A stretch of DNA of 41,594 bases. It comes from Octopus sinensis. Lineage: Eukaryota. The position numbers and the translations under genes were made by a program. Location of the stretch: positions 1 to 41,594 of the forward strand of contig NW_021835695.1 in the NCBI RefSeq assembly GCF_006345805.1, given 5' to 3'. Below the pieces are notes generated by a model. That model saw only the letters and a list, made by a program, of their open reading frames with translations. It had not been told where the DNA came from and did not search any database. Positions within the stretch are counted from its first letter, which is position 1; every line of letters begins with the position of its first letter. This document shows, in pieces, positions 10,241 through 23,910 of the stretch.

Positions 10241-10943
10241 TCACACTTTCCCTCACACGCTTTCTTTCAGTCGCTGTTGCACTTCCTCTATTTCTGTATA
10301 ACATCCGCAAAAAAAGAAAATGGCTGATCTCCCGTTTATACAGATTAGTCTACAGTGGAAACAAATCCATTGAGACGTGAATGGTAGTAGTAGTAGTAGT
10401 AGTAGTAGTAAGTCTTTGTAGTGGTGTTTTCAGAGAGCTGTGTTGATAAGTAACAATGATGATGGCGGTGGTGGTGGTGGTGGTTGTGGTGTTATGATGG
10501 TGCAGTTATTGTGGCAGTGGTAAGTTCATCGAAGAAATATAATTAAAACCCTCCGAGTCCAGTCAGGCAATGACGGTGGCTTAAGATCAACTCTTGACCT
10601 TGACCTAATAAAGGAAGTTTGGTTTAATATGTCAAACAGGCACAGATGGTAAAATATCACCATTTTAACGGAGTAGGTGGGTGGGTGATGTTTGTTTTCT
10701 TCTTCTGATTATTATTATTATTATTTTATTTTTTTTTTTTTCAAATTTTACCCCGATTATTCCATTCCTTCCCTTTTTCGTCCTATATAGCCTCTTGAAG
10801 CTTACTATTATTGTTGTTGTTGTTGTTGCTGTTATTGTTTGTTGTTGAGTGTTGTTGTTGTGACTTTTTATTGTTATCCCATCAATATCATAAACAACAT
10901 CATCTTCATCATTAGCATCATTATCATCTTCGCCATGTTTCGC

Positions 10944-10968
10944 TATCATCATCATCATCATCATCATT

Positions 10969-11023
<55 letters not shown>

Positions 11024-11056
11024 CCACCACCACCACCACCACCACCATCATCATCG

Positions 11057-11096
<40 letters not shown>

Positions 11097-11127
11097 TATT
11101 ATTATTATTATTATTACTATTATTATT
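10944..11127. repeat. Compound trinucleotide array (CAT)n(CAC)n(CAT)n(TAT)n
   Basis: Directly visible. It is the source of the poly-M/H/D ORFs. Confidence 0.95.
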
Positions 11128-11653
11128 GTGTGTGTGTGTTTGTTTGCTTACACGTATGTGTGTTTCTTGCACTTTGTTTGATATTACTTATAAGGGTTCT
11201 GGATGAGGCGAGAGGTCAACGACATCGAGGAATCTCACGTTAAGATGATGACGAAAAGAGGGACACAGATTGTCAATATAAACAAGCTTTGCTCGGTTCC
11301 TTTCCTTTCTTTTTTATCCTTTTTCTGTTGTTACTCGGTATAAGAAGAGGGCTAAAGGAGAGCGCAGGGGGCGGGGTATGGCTTTAAACATCCTTTATAT
11401 CAACTGGAAATGTTGATGAAAGTTATGGGTCATCTGCAAACACTAATACTCGCATTAATATATATATGTACACGTATACATATATATATGTACACGTATT
11501 ATATATATATATATATATATTTATATAGATAGATAGATCTATGTCTATATATGTATATGTGTGCGTATATGTATATATATTTATATATACATATATATAT
11601 ATATGTCATGTCTCTATATATATGTTATATATATGTATATATATATATATGTA

Positions 11654-11694
<41 letters not shown>

Positions 11695-12944
11695 AACACA
11701 CACACACACACCACATATGCACATATACATGTAAACATTCATACTTATATACATACATAAATGTCGGCCGTATTAATTGTCATGCGAGTGAATTTAATCG
11801 TGCATCCAGGTTGGCATTGACCCAGGGCTTTTAATCACGCAATGTTTGCTTCCGAATTCGAGGAAGTAGTACAATAAAAACAACAACAGCATACCAAACA
11901 AAGCAAAGTTAGGTTTCCTTCTTTTGTAATCTTCCTATTCTATGATCCTTTGATTGAATTGTTAAGTCTCTCCTTGTGGGATAGAACTTATATCATCATA
12001 GATGAGTTGTTTGTTAGCTGAATATATACATATTTTAATTAAAGTTAGTACGCTATTTCCACGGACGGGACACGGGCAGGATATTTTGTTATATTTTATA
12101 ACGAGCAGGAAAGCAATATTAACCGTGATTTTCTTTAGACCTTTCTTGTTATATTCCTGTGTGAGAAGAGATTTGCTCTTGACTCAGCCAAGTCAGCAAT
12201 CTTCTTGTCAAATGTCCACGCTCTGCAATACACTAGAATTTAGTCGTCATTCCCGCTTCTTTCAAAATTTCTTTTTGACTTTTACTTTCAATCACCGAGA
12301 ATATTTGCATATGTTCGCGTTTTTGCTTGCCCATTTCTATATATATTTATGTATGTGTGTATATGTGCTTGTTTGTTTCATTGTGTGTACGAGCGTGTGC
12401 ATGTGTGTGTGCGCGTGTGTGTGTCTGCATTAGCTAATCCATTTCATTTCTGTTATGATGTTCCAACTTGCTCGTTATAACTACTAGAAATAGCAACCAA
12501 ATCTCCCTAAAATGACATTTTAACATTTTTAAAAGAAAAGATATACTGAGAAATGCAATAATTCAGGAATTTCTAAATAAACAGGATCGCCACGGCTAGA
12601 TCCCCATCGTTGAGAAGTTTGACGCTAATAATATCTCTTCTTTACAAATCTATGTCTGCAAGAAACAGCAGAGCATAAACGGCCTGTAATATAATCGAGT
12701 TTATTGAACAGTAGAACTAAATGGAGAGGTAGTCAGGACTTAGTTGCATTGATACAGCAACACTAACTGCAGACCAAATCAAAACCCACTGCACTAATGT
12801 TTGAACTTATATTTTTCTACTTTTACGTTCTTTGTTAGTATTGATGTAAATTAGGTAAATAAATTAAACCATGTGTAGAATTACTAGAGGTAGTTGATAA
12901 TAGTAGAGTACTGTTGTTGTTATTTAGATTTTAAAAAGATCGCC

Positions 12945-13095
12945 AGCAGGGAGAATCGTTAGCACGGGGAACACATGCTTAGCGGCATTTTATCCGTCTT
13001 TACGCTCTGAGTTCAAATTCTGCTGTGGTCGACTTTACCTTTCATCCTTCCGGGGATGATAAAGGAAGTACCAATAAATCACTGCATCGACGTTG
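12945..13095 (+). mobile_element. SINE family B, degenerate
   Basis: agaatcgttagcac...ctgagttcaaattc...gtcgactttacctttcatccttccgggg. Confidence 0.75.
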
Positions 13096-13384
13096 GCCCC
13101 TCGCCACGACTTAAAATCATAATTTAGTGTAAAATCGATGTCGGTTCAGCCCATCTGAGATACAAAGGAGTTCCGTCAATGGCAATTCCGTCTATTTTAC
13201 ATATGCTTTGTATATCTAGGGCCACTTTTTTCAGTGTCTCCTTACTTTTAGAAGACGATAGGTATAATTTGGCTACTGTTTCTAAGCAGTCGGTTCACTA
13301 AATCGATGCTGTCCGAACATATTTCTTGCAAGTGGGTACCAGATTAATATATATTAGTTATATGTAATGATTTATGCTGGAGGG

Positions 13385-13700
13385 AGATGTGACGATGGCC
13401 TTCACAGGTCCTCCGAGACTGATGAACTCCAGGTCATTGACATCCTTCTTGTACAGGCCCAAGAAAGATGTCATGTACAGGAAAGGGATACCCCAGAAGT
13501 AATACACTTGGGGAAAAAGGACTGGACGGGTGATGTTTGTGCAAACCATGACCGAAGTAAACATAAGCAGGTGGTGAGATGGAGAGGGGTGAATGAGCCA
13601 GGCAGGCGCGAGTTGAGATTGCAGAGTATCAGACGGCTTCATGGGGAGGTCACCATTGTAGTAGCGACAGAGAATGAAGGAGGAAGTAGTATGTGTAACC
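13385..13700 (-). pseudogene. Decayed 3' end of a CR1/L2/Jockey-group LINE
   Basis: SFILCRYYNG...VLFPQVYYFW...YKKDVNDL resembles the SLFYRYY.G...SFFP....WN.LP...FK..VN C-terminus typical of these LINEs. Confidence 0.5.
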
Positions 13701-14565
13701 CACAGAGAGTATTGAAAACAGCAGCACGAAGCGGGCATGTTATCCTCTTCAGTCTATGAAAGAGCATGCGATGAACCAACACTTCCAAGAAGATAATTAT
13801 TTCACATCTACTTCAGGCTATGGAGATCATAGAACAGAGGCTTCCCTACGGTTTCTTTTTACAAAACGAGCCATTAGAAATAGTAAAAATTTACAAAGTG
13901 ATTAATGACGATTTCTAACATGAACCGTTTAGCTATATTTGGTATTAAATATAGACCATAAGACATACGCTATTACTTCACTGATTATAGGACATTAATG
14001 TTATTAATGGTGATCTTCACATTTCTAAGTTAACATCTGCGAGAATGATATCAATTGGGAAGGAATTCTACAGGAAATTCTTTCGTAAAGGAAGGCCTGG
14101 CCATAGGGTAATGATGCAAGACCTGAAGGATATTGTAAAACAAGTGTGATACAAAGTGGAGAGAATAGCAAAATGGGAATTTGGGAGCGGAGAAACAGCA
14201 GAACCCTGCCAGCTTTAAGGTGCACAGGCCATTTTGTAGCAGTAAAAAAAAAGGCGAAGAAAAGAGATAACTCTTTTGCGGACCACAGGGTGAGGCATGT
14301 TTGTGAGTGACTTTATGCATACCAATTAGGTCAGCTGAATTGACCTCTTCTGGGGGTATGAGAGTGACATTCACATGTACTTCGTATAGCATTAAATACG
14401 TACATATACATACTCTTCCCTTACCTTTCTTGGAACCCTTCTATTACATACACTCATATCTGTGTAATATCAGTGTTCTACAGGAAATAAGGCAAACGTA
14501 GATATGGCATTTTCATTAACAGATATAGATCGTTGCTAGAGCAATTTTTTCTTTTTTCAAAGATT

Positions 14566-14840
14566 CTACACAATGTAGTTTCCATCACAAGCGATGGATT
14601 TCCGCCATTGTTGAACCGAATCCACTTTGCAAAGATTCAGGCTTACATTTTTGTACGTACTTTTCACTGTCAATATCAAGATGTCAGTGTTATTAAATCA
14701 TTATTTTGGAAAACTGTCCTACATTGGACTGAGCAGCTAGAACTGGGCGAGCACCAGATCCGGGATGTTCGAGCACTGACCACCCAGCTTACCGATTGCT
14801 TGATTACCTACCAAACATGGCTGCACATTGTAACGATAAA
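14566..14840 (-). pseudogene. Decayed mariner (Tc1/mariner) transposase C-terminus
   Basis: In mixed frames, YNVQPC..KLGGQ / VLEHP / PDLVLAQF*LLSPM / KPESLQSG / VQQWRKSIACDGNYIV* correspond in order to DNARPH..LGWEVL.HP(PYS)PDLAPSDF.LF..L / ..F...G / L..RW.KCI...GDY. Confidence 0.6.
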
Positions 14841-15414
14841 TATAGATAGTCTTCAGAGTCTTGTTCCGCCTTTATCGCCTAACGTTTTAGGTTGTTGTTT
14901 TTTTACTTATTTATTTATTTTTTTTAGCATTTTGAGTGTCTCAATGTGCTGTTTGCTGGCCCTATTACTGCAACGTTACAGAAAATCTAAGAGAATAAAA
15001 CCCTTGATATCCCCCAAACTGCCACCATAACGTTCTGAATCTATCGCTGATTCATAAATATCTCAGGCCTTGGAGGAGACGTCTCATGTCGTTTCATGGA
15101 ATGAGACTTCGTTTTCAGAACATAAAGACACGGATACTATTACTCTTCGTCATTTGAGCGAGAAAAACGTCTTCGTCAGTTTCAAGCACTTCAAGCACTT
15201 TTTCTGCTACTAAAAGGCTTCTACCAAATTCTACAATACATTGCAACCGCATTTATTGTGCAGGAAGAACTCGGATTGTGACACGTCTGTGCGTGCAAGT
15301 CAATGGTCCCCACGGCATGATTTGTCTTCAATGCTAGTTTCCCTATCTTTAAACATCTTTGTCCATCTGTAAACATTAGTCTTGTGAATAGTGTCACATC
15401 CATAAACTATCCGT

Positions 15415-15587
15415 GTGTGTGCGTTTGATCCCCATCACCGCTTGACAACCAGTGTTGGTGTATTTACGTCCCCTTAACCTAGCAGTTCGACAAAAGAGAC
15501 AGATAGAATTAGTACTAGGCATAAAAAAGGCGGTTCTTCAACATGATCTCAGTGGAATGACTGAAACAAGTAAAAGAATAAAAGAAT
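15415..15587 (+). mobile_element. SINE family A, 3' half
   Basis: cttgacaacc.gtgttggtgt.tttacgtcccc ... tgactgaaacaagtaaaaga. Confidence 0.8.
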
Positions 15588-15824
15588 ACATATAGATAAA
15601 GACAAAATGTAGGAGTGATATATGCAGATGTATCCATGTTTTCACGTTTATATATATAGCGATATATATTAATCAAAGGACATACTAAGTATGTCTACCT
15701 GCTAGAAATAACAGTCAAAACTGTTAATAAATCGCCCAAAAATACACTGATGAAACTACAGAAATCAAACGAAGGTAAAATAAGGTTAAGAACATCTACT
15801 AACATACATTTAAGTATTTGGACT

Positions 15825-15879
15825 CACGCGGACCGGTTTCTGCATTGGTAAAATAAAACCTTAGCTTCTTCAGCACATG
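15825..15879 (-). ncRNA. Second hammerhead ribozyme candidate (canonical CUGAAGA core, GUC site)
   Basis: On the - strand: CATGTG, CTGAAGA, A, GCtaaGGT-tttatttt-ACCaatGC, A, GAAA, CCGGT, C, CGCGTG. Stem I is 6 bp with two G-U pairs, stem III is the ACCGGT palindrome, and the base of stem II is imperfect. Confidence 0.45.
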
Positions 15880-16969
15880 CTACCATTAATAGATAATTGA
15901 TAATGGATTACCATGGATAATAATAGAATTAATGACACCTTCGTAAATTAATATATATATATATATATAATTAATCAATATAGGGTGGCAAAAAAAAATT
16001 TACCATTAACAGCAGATGAAACGGTGCATCGTATAAGAAATTACAGGGTAAATGTTTTTTAAATTTTCCCCTGGTTTACGGAATTGATTTTTATTTGCGG
16101 TTGAAGCTTTGGCTGTTATTTCTAGTGGGTGAATGGCCTATTATGGCCGTTCCTTGATTGTTGATATATAATATATATATATATATAGATATATATATAT
16201 ATATATATAATATTAGGGAATAAATCCAAACTTACAGGGAAAAATTAGATTTAGGATTAAATTGCGTAATAGTGGTTTTATCTCTAATTTAATATAATAT
16301 ATATATATACGTACATCTTCCTCCACTTCTTTCGAACATACAGCAGCTCTATCGAGTGGCATACAGCAACTAAAGGAAAACCCACCAACCAGTAAACTCC
16401 AATAATATAGTTTAGCCCACAGAAACAAATACATTCAACGATAAATTCACTGAAACCCCAGTAGTGAGGCAAAATACAAAATATTAACCTGAACAACAGC
16501 CATTATTAACAGGAAATCCTAATTAATATTCAAATGTCAGGATGAGAAGAAATTTAAAATTTTTAATTATAACAAAACACTACAAGCTGATTATTGCCCA
16601 GATCTACTTCGCTACCCCGCTAGAAATTTACAAACTTAGAAACCGGATACAGTCAACCGGAAGCCCGACGCAATTCTTGTAGTCTAGTGTCATCTGAACG
16701 TAGTGGAGCTCTCAAAAATAACCATCGTCGTTTGAGTATTGCCTCCAGGCATGAAACTCAGACTAATAAGATGAGATGAGATGTAGTCTGAGCTAATATA
16801 CATAAAAACATTTAATGTGCTTAAAGTGTTGAGTTGTTTCAATTTATCCGTGAAATTATTTTGTTAGTATAGGCACAAACAACTGCATCCCAATGTCTGT
16901 ATATATCTATATATATATGTATGTTTGTAAATAGATATATATGCGTTTGTATATGTGTGTGCATATGTG

Positions 16970-17017
<48 letters not shown>

Positions 17018-18273
17018 GTGTGTGTATGTGTATACGTATGTACATGCGCACAGGAATGGCTATGTTTGTGCGTCTGTGTGGGGGTGTAGTTATATCAATA
17101 TGTATAAGCATATATGTCTCATATTTATGTAAATGTATTTATATATCATGTGTGTGTACGTGGTGTTTCAATGTATATATGTGATATACATACTCACGTG
17201 TGTGCACGCATACTCACACGCAAAAAGCCACACACTCACAGCTACATATACATACACATATCCATATGCACCTCTCTATGTATGACACTAAACATGAATC
17301 CGCTACGTAAGAATAATCACTTCATATAATAAAATCAACACAGAGAATGTATGTATTAATTTATTTTTTATAAAATATAAGTTAATGATGAATAAATTCT
17401 AAACAATTGGAAGATATCCGTGAAATTGTAATCTCGTAAATATATAATATATAAACACCATATCTCTACATATATATATATATATATATATAGGGATATA
17501 TATATAATATATATATGTATATATATATATATATATAATATATATATATATTATATATATATAGGATAAATATACATATAATATAATATATATATATATA
17601 TATATATATAGTGTATATGCATATATATGTGTGTATATATACATCTGTATAGATATGTGTATCTCTCTATCTTTCTATACACACAAATATATATATTTCT
17701 GTATATATTTGGAGTGCGTAATAAAAAGTCTGGTAGTTTTTATAGCTTTTACATATGTAATAGAATGTCTTGCAAAATAAGGAAATAATGTTCATATAAT
17801 AATGTATTATGAAATTAATTCGCCTCCACAAGCCATCTTACATATTTTATTGCATTGATACTGTCTCTCTCGTCCCCACTCATTTGTCTTTCACCGTGTC
17901 TGTGTGTATAGGTTGTTAGGAATGGGTACATAAATGTGTGTATTGGTGTGTGTGTGTGTGAGTCAATGCGAATACATATTGGTGTGGGTATGCATGTGCG
18001 TGTGTGTGTGTGTATAAACATATATATTAACATACACACACACATAAATATATATATATATATACATACATATAGGTGTGGGTGTATATGCGCGTATATA
18101 CCTATATGTATGCATGCGTGTACATGTGTGTGCGCGCTTGTGTGCGTGTGTTTTGTACTGGAAATGGAATTTCAAGTGTCATTATGTAGAAAACTTATGG
18201 GAATTTGGACGGTTACATATATTGCGAAACAAAGGGAGTCAAAGTTATATGTTGATACCTATCTATCTATCTA

Positions 18274-18353
<80 letters not shown>

Positions 18354-18399
18354 ATTCTCTTTCTCTCTCTCTCTCTTCGCCATGATAGATCGCTAGCCA

Positions 18400-18567
18400 C
18401 TAAACCTTTTTTCTATTTTCTCTCCCTCTTTCTGTGTTCCTTTCTGTCGAAGAGAGTAGGCTCGAAACGTTAAAGACTTTTTCACTTCCCGAGCGTTAAA
18501 CTAGTACATCTGTTTGCTGTTTACACACCCGTCTTCGTCTTTTACTTCTTTTTTGTAAATTCTCACA
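18400..18567 (+). mobile_element. Hammerhead-bearing short element, copy 2
   Basis: Homologous to 4731-4897. Lies between a CT-rich tract and a TA-rich tract. Confidence 0.75.
18440..18475 (+). ncRNA. Minimal hammerhead-like motif, copy 2
   Basis: CTTT, CTGTCGA, A, GAGA-gtag-GCTC, GAAA, CGT, T, AAAG. One mismatch in stem II. Confidence 0.5.
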
Positions 18568-18644
18568 ATACATATATGTATATATATATATATATGCAGA
18601 TATATACACATACACACACATATATATATTTTTTATTTATTTTT

Positions 18645-19245
18645 TGTCCTTTTACTTATTTCAGTGATCTGACTGCAACCATGAAGGAGTACCACCTTTA
18701 GTGGAACAAATCGACCCCAGGACTTATTCTTTGTAAGCCTAGTGTCCTTTTACTTGTTTCAGTCATTTGACTGCGGCCATGCTGGAGCACCGTCTTTAAT
18801 CTAGCAACTCGACCCCCAGGACTTATTCTTTTGTAAGCCCAGTACTTATTCTATCGGTCTCTTTTGCCGAACCGCTAAGTAACGGGGACATAAACACACC
18901 AGCATCGGTTGTCAAGCAATGCTAGGGGAACAAACACACACACACAAACACATACAAAACACACACACAACACACACCACACACACACACATATATATAT
19001 ATATTATTATATATATATTATATATATATATATATATATTATATCTATATATATACATATATATATAGATACATATATATATATACGACAAGGCTTCCTT
19101 TCAGTTTCTGTCTACCAAATCCAGTCACAAGGCATTAGACGGACCGAGGTTTATAGTTGACGACACCTGCCCAAGGTGCCACGCAGTGGGACTGAAACCC
19201 GGGATCATGTGGTTGGAGAGCAAGCTTCTTACTACACAGCTACTC
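18645..19245 (-). mobile_element. SINE family A: older partial 3' end (about 18645-18745) abutting a full copy (about 18745-19245)
   Basis: Two successive tail/body starts, an internal microsatellite, and the head at about 19085-19245. Confidence 0.85.
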
Positions 19246-19302
19246 ATATGTATATATATTTATATATAATACATACATACATAACACACACACACCACAC
19301 AC

Positions 19303-19333
<31 letters not shown>

Positions 19334-20116
19334 ATATATATATCAATTTGTATATGATATATAGATAACTATTTAGATTATGTGTATATGATATACATGT
19401 AGCACAAATGGGCTGAGGTTCACTGCAGCTGTTTCAGTCGTGTTTCTTATTGATGAACAAATCAATTACATCATGTAAAGATACCGTTTTCGTCATGTGA
19501 ATTAAAATTGAAAAATGTAACACTTAGGATATTTCGCACAAAGAGTATAGAATTGACCCTCACACCTAACTGCTAGTTTAGAACATCCGTATGAACAATA
19601 TGAATTGTTCATCAATTAAGCACATATCTAAAACAGCTGTAGTGAACGTCAATCTAATTTTGTTATTATTTATACAACACTACACCCGGAAATGTCGATG
19701 TGTTGAACTGTGCGCCCGCAGTGGACCGTGGACTGCATACCGGGGTGTGCTCTTGTGTGATATTACGTATACGTTGAGTGTATTTGGTCTGTATTTATGA
19801 ATGCATGCATAAGTGGAAATACAAACCCATATATACTGTAGAAAGTACGTGAGTGTCCGTACACATTTTTGATACATATGTATGCTACCCTTGACTCCCC
19901 CTTGTTGTCCTCATTATTGAAACACCTCGTTTCTATTGGATCTTGCAAATAGTTATATGTATGTGTGTGTTTGTGTGTGTGTATGTATGTATGTATGTAT
20001 GTATGTACCTATGTATGTATGTAAGTATGAATGTATGTACGAAAGTATTGTGTACAGTTTGTGGAAAAACTACTTAATATAGTTACAGTATTTGAACAAA
20101 ATATATCAACCGTTAA

Positions 20117-20367
20117 GCGCAGGCGTGGCCGTGTGGTAAGGATCTTGCTTCTGAATGGATTTGGTAGACGGAAACTGAAAGTATATGTGTATGTTTGTGC
20201 TTGACAACCGATGTTGTTGTGTTTACATCCCGCAACGTGGCGGTTCGGCAAAGAGACCGATAGAATAAGTACGAGGCTTACAAAGAATAAGTCCTGGCAT
20301 TGATTTGTTCGACTGAAGGCGGTGCTCCAGCATGGCCGCACTCAAATGACCGAATCATGTAAAAGAG
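20117..20367 (+). mobile_element. SINE family A, internally deleted
   Basis: gcgcaggcgtggccgtgtggtaag head is joined to tggatttggtagacggaaactgaaag, followed by the 3' half. Confidence 0.8.
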
Positions 20368-20497
20368 TTATTAACAATTTAGAATATAGAGAGCAGCATG
20401 AACCGTTGGGAATTAAATTTTATTTGAGTGCGTAAATGCTTTCGTTGTTAAATTTTTCAAACATACGTTTTATATTCCTGACATCATCAGTTTAGAG

Positions 20498-20829
20498 CAG
20501 GGTTTCTCAACTGGAGTTCTTATGGCCCCTGAGGGTCCGTATAAGATTTTTGGGTGTCCACGCAACAAAATAGTAAATTAAGGACCCACAACAGTATTTG
20601 AAGAGCCACTGAAAAACCTTGCTGTATGTATCGCAAAACGCAGCTAGGTTTCTTTCTCTAACACTTTAGATAGTTCGTCCTGCAGAAGTTAATGTGTGAA
20701 AAACAAAATAAGAATTTCAAAGAAGCATTCATAAAGCCACGTTTTAAATATGGAATGGCTATGGGGATCCACCATAATAAAATACTAACCAAAGGGATCC
20801 ACAGATTAAAGAAAGGATGAAAGCTCCTG
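20498..20829. mobile_element. hAT (Charlie-like) MITE, 332 bp
   Basis: Left end CAGGGTTTCTCAAC and degenerate right end GATGAAAGCTCCTG. The 8-bp flanks GTTTAGAG and GGCTAGAG (6/8 match) resemble the nTCTAGAn Charlie target-site duplication. Confidence 0.6.
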
Positions 20830-21440
20830 GGCTAGAGTGTGATATGTTTAGATGCGATGGTCACTCATGAAGGTTCTTTGATCATGGTCCGATTGTCAGA
20901 GTTGACCGGTACATGAACAGGGACTCAGTTATTGTTGTTATCGTTGGAGATGCTGTTGTTGTTGTTTTGTGATGGTGGTAGTTTTGGTAGCAGTGTTAGT
21001 AGTGTTTATTGAGGAAGGACGGGAGAGTGGTGTAATGAATGACACACCACACCACTAACACCAGCACCACCACCACCATCATTATGAATGCTAGCAACAT
21101 CACTATGACGGCAATGATCAAAACCACCACCAAAACCACTACTGCCTACACTCCCACAACTACCCTAGCACTATTCTCACCAGCAATATTAACACAATTA
21201 CAATCACGACCAGTATTATCACAAGCACCACCACAAGGGAGAGGAAGAAAAAACAAAAATACACAGAAAAACTACCCCACAACTCACTGCACACTTTTAC
21301 CGCTACTACCATTAACGCCTTACATACAGATAAATTTACATATATATACATATATAGGTATATATTCTACATAAAGATGCATGTATGTATAATTATGCAT
21401 GCTCTTATTATATATATGTATGAATGTATATATCTATATT

Positions 21441-21500
<60 letters not shown>

Positions 21501-21839
21501 TATATAATATATATATACAATATATATATAACATACATATATATATACACACATACCACCACACACTTATATATTTACATGTCTTTATATGTGTGTGTGT
21601 GTGTGTGTGCGTGTATATGTAGACACAAGCAGTGTAACGGCAATTATATATCGTAAACGCCTCACAGCTAGAGTCAAACCTGTGTATAGTTCATTAAGTT
21701 TTAATCATAGTATTGCTGTTTTATAATGGTCTCTGAACTTTCAAACATAATTGTCTTGAGGGGTGGTCGGGAACGGAGTGGAACTGGTGGTGGTTGCAAG
21801 GAGAACGAACAAGGAGAACGAACAAGGAGAATATGTGTA

Positions 21840-21901
<62 letters not shown>

Positions 21902-21968
21902 TATGTGTGTGTGCTTGTGTGTTTGTGTGTGTACGCGCACGCATAGATCTGAGCTGATAGACACTGAC

Positions 21969-22010
<42 letters not shown>

Positions 22011-22119
22011 TAACAATAATAATATAATAACAATAATAATAATAACAACAACAACAATAATAATAATAATATAATAATAATAATAATAATATAATATAAT
22101 AATATCAACAACAGTTATG

Positions 22120-22155
<36 letters not shown>

Positions 22156-22319
22156 TATATAATAATAATAATAATATAATGATAATAATGATAATAATAA
22201 TATAATAATAATAATAATAATAATATAATAATAATAATAATGATAATAATGCATAATAATATAATAATAATATATATAATTATATAATAATAATAATAAA
22301 ATAATGATAATAATGATAA

Positions 22320-22373
<54 letters not shown>
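21969..22373. repeat. Long imperfect (AAT)n array, about 400 bp
   Basis: Directly visible. It is the source of the poly-Ile ORF 21741-22394. Confidence 0.95.
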
Positions 22374-22374
<1 letters not shown>

Positions 22375-22699
22375 TGAAAGAAGATATGCTTCATGTGTCT
22401 TGAGAAATATATAATGATTTGTTCCTGAAACTGTCTCTACACTAAGTAACCGCAGATCGAAGAAGAAGGAGACTTTACATGGTTCTTAACATCCTCGAAA
22501 AAGCGACCAAACCTTCGCAAATTATGTATTATATTCATTTATTTTTGCTTCAAATAAAAGCAGGGTATCAATGGACAGTGTAATCACTAAAATATGAAAT
22601 GAGTAAGACGCTCACGGCTCCAACATATTCCATAAAAGGATGCGCCGATAAAGGCTGACTACGGCTCAACAACAACAATAAATGTAATGATTAACCAAC

Positions 22700-22871
22700 C
22701 AGACGGGGCTGAGTGGTAAAAAGATTGCTTCCTAACCACATGGCTCCGTGTTCAGTCCCACTGCGTGGCACCTTGGGCAAGGATCTTTTGCTAAAGTCTC
22801 GGACCAACCAAAGCTTTGTGAGTGGATTTGATTTACTGAAACTGAAAGAAGCCCGTCGTACACACACACAC

Positions 22872-22923
<52 letters not shown>

Positions 22924-23130
22924 GTATGTATATGTGTGTGTGTGTGTGCCTTTGATCTATGTCTCCCCTCCCCCTCTTGGCAACCCGGATTGGTGTGTTT
23001 CTGTCTCCCTAAACATGCGGTTCGGCAAAAAGACCGATAGAATAAGTACAAAGCTTAAAGAATAGATTAAAGTGGCGGTGCTCCAGCATGGTCTCAGTGT
23101 AATGACTGAAACAATCAAAGATTAAAAGTT
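22700..23130 (+). mobile_element. SINE family A, full length, diverged
   Basis: Head with GTTCAGTCCC, internal (CA)n, tail atgactgaaacaatcaaaga. Confidence 0.8.
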
Positions 23131-23429
23131 AAAAGGTGTCTGAGTAGGGTCAGTGGACAAGCTAGAAATAGCAATGAAACATGTCCTAAACAAAGATTAC
23201 GTAAAGATTACGTGTTAAATAAAGATTACCGCTACAGGACTGAACGACATGCTAGAAATAAAAGCCAAATCCCCTACGACACATGCCAAACTCTGTTATT
23301 TAAAAAAGAGAAAAGAAGAGAGATGCTAGATACTATCAAAGACAGCCACTAAAGGAGGGGTTAGTCATATCTGGAATGTCATTGGTCATAACTATAAGAT
23401 AAGACATGACCTGTGGAGGCGTATTTCAG

Positions 23430-23493
23430 AAAATATACAAAGACAAGTTGGCCATAACCGGAACGCTTTTGCCCGATCCGGTCTGAGCCGAAG
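23430..23493 (+). CDS. Candidate 64-nt coding exon of an unidentified host gene
   Basis: Acceptor gtatttcag and consensus donor AAG|GTAAGT. Only one frame is open (NIQRQVGHNRNAFARSGLSR, phase 1 to 2). No product recognised. Confidence 0.35.
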
Positions 23494-23689
23494 GTAAGTA
23501 ACACCGACAGCAGCAGCAGCCGCAGCCGCAACCACTGCAGCAGCGACATCTACATGAAACAACAACTACAACCACAATAACAACAATAGCAAAAACAACA
23601 AATAAGTTTCCAATTGACTTCAGTCCCATTGATCTAGTTTTACTAAGCAAATCTACTAGCTCTCCATTCATTCGCCATATACGGGTGAG

Positions 23690-23839
23690 TGTGTGTGTGT
23701 GTATACATATGCATATACATGTGTGTATGTGTGCGTGTGTATGTATATATGTATGCATATTTGTATATGCGTACATACATATGCATATACAAGCATATAT
23801 AATCATATAAACATATCTATATATATGCGTATGTATGCG

Positions 23840-23910
<71 letters not shown>

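Noticed and set aside
14030-14400. Protein-like + strand reading (RMISIGKEFYRKFFRKGRPGHRV...)
   Set aside because: Several stops, no clear splice signals and no motif I can identify.
19449-19616. 12-bp inverted repeat attgatgaacaa/ttgttcatcaat
   Set aside because: A few such matches are expected by chance in 41 kb of AT-rich DNA, and there is no target-site duplication.
20440-20495. - strand CTGATGA...AAAACGTA hammerhead-like string
   Set aside because: G12 is missing and the stems are weak.
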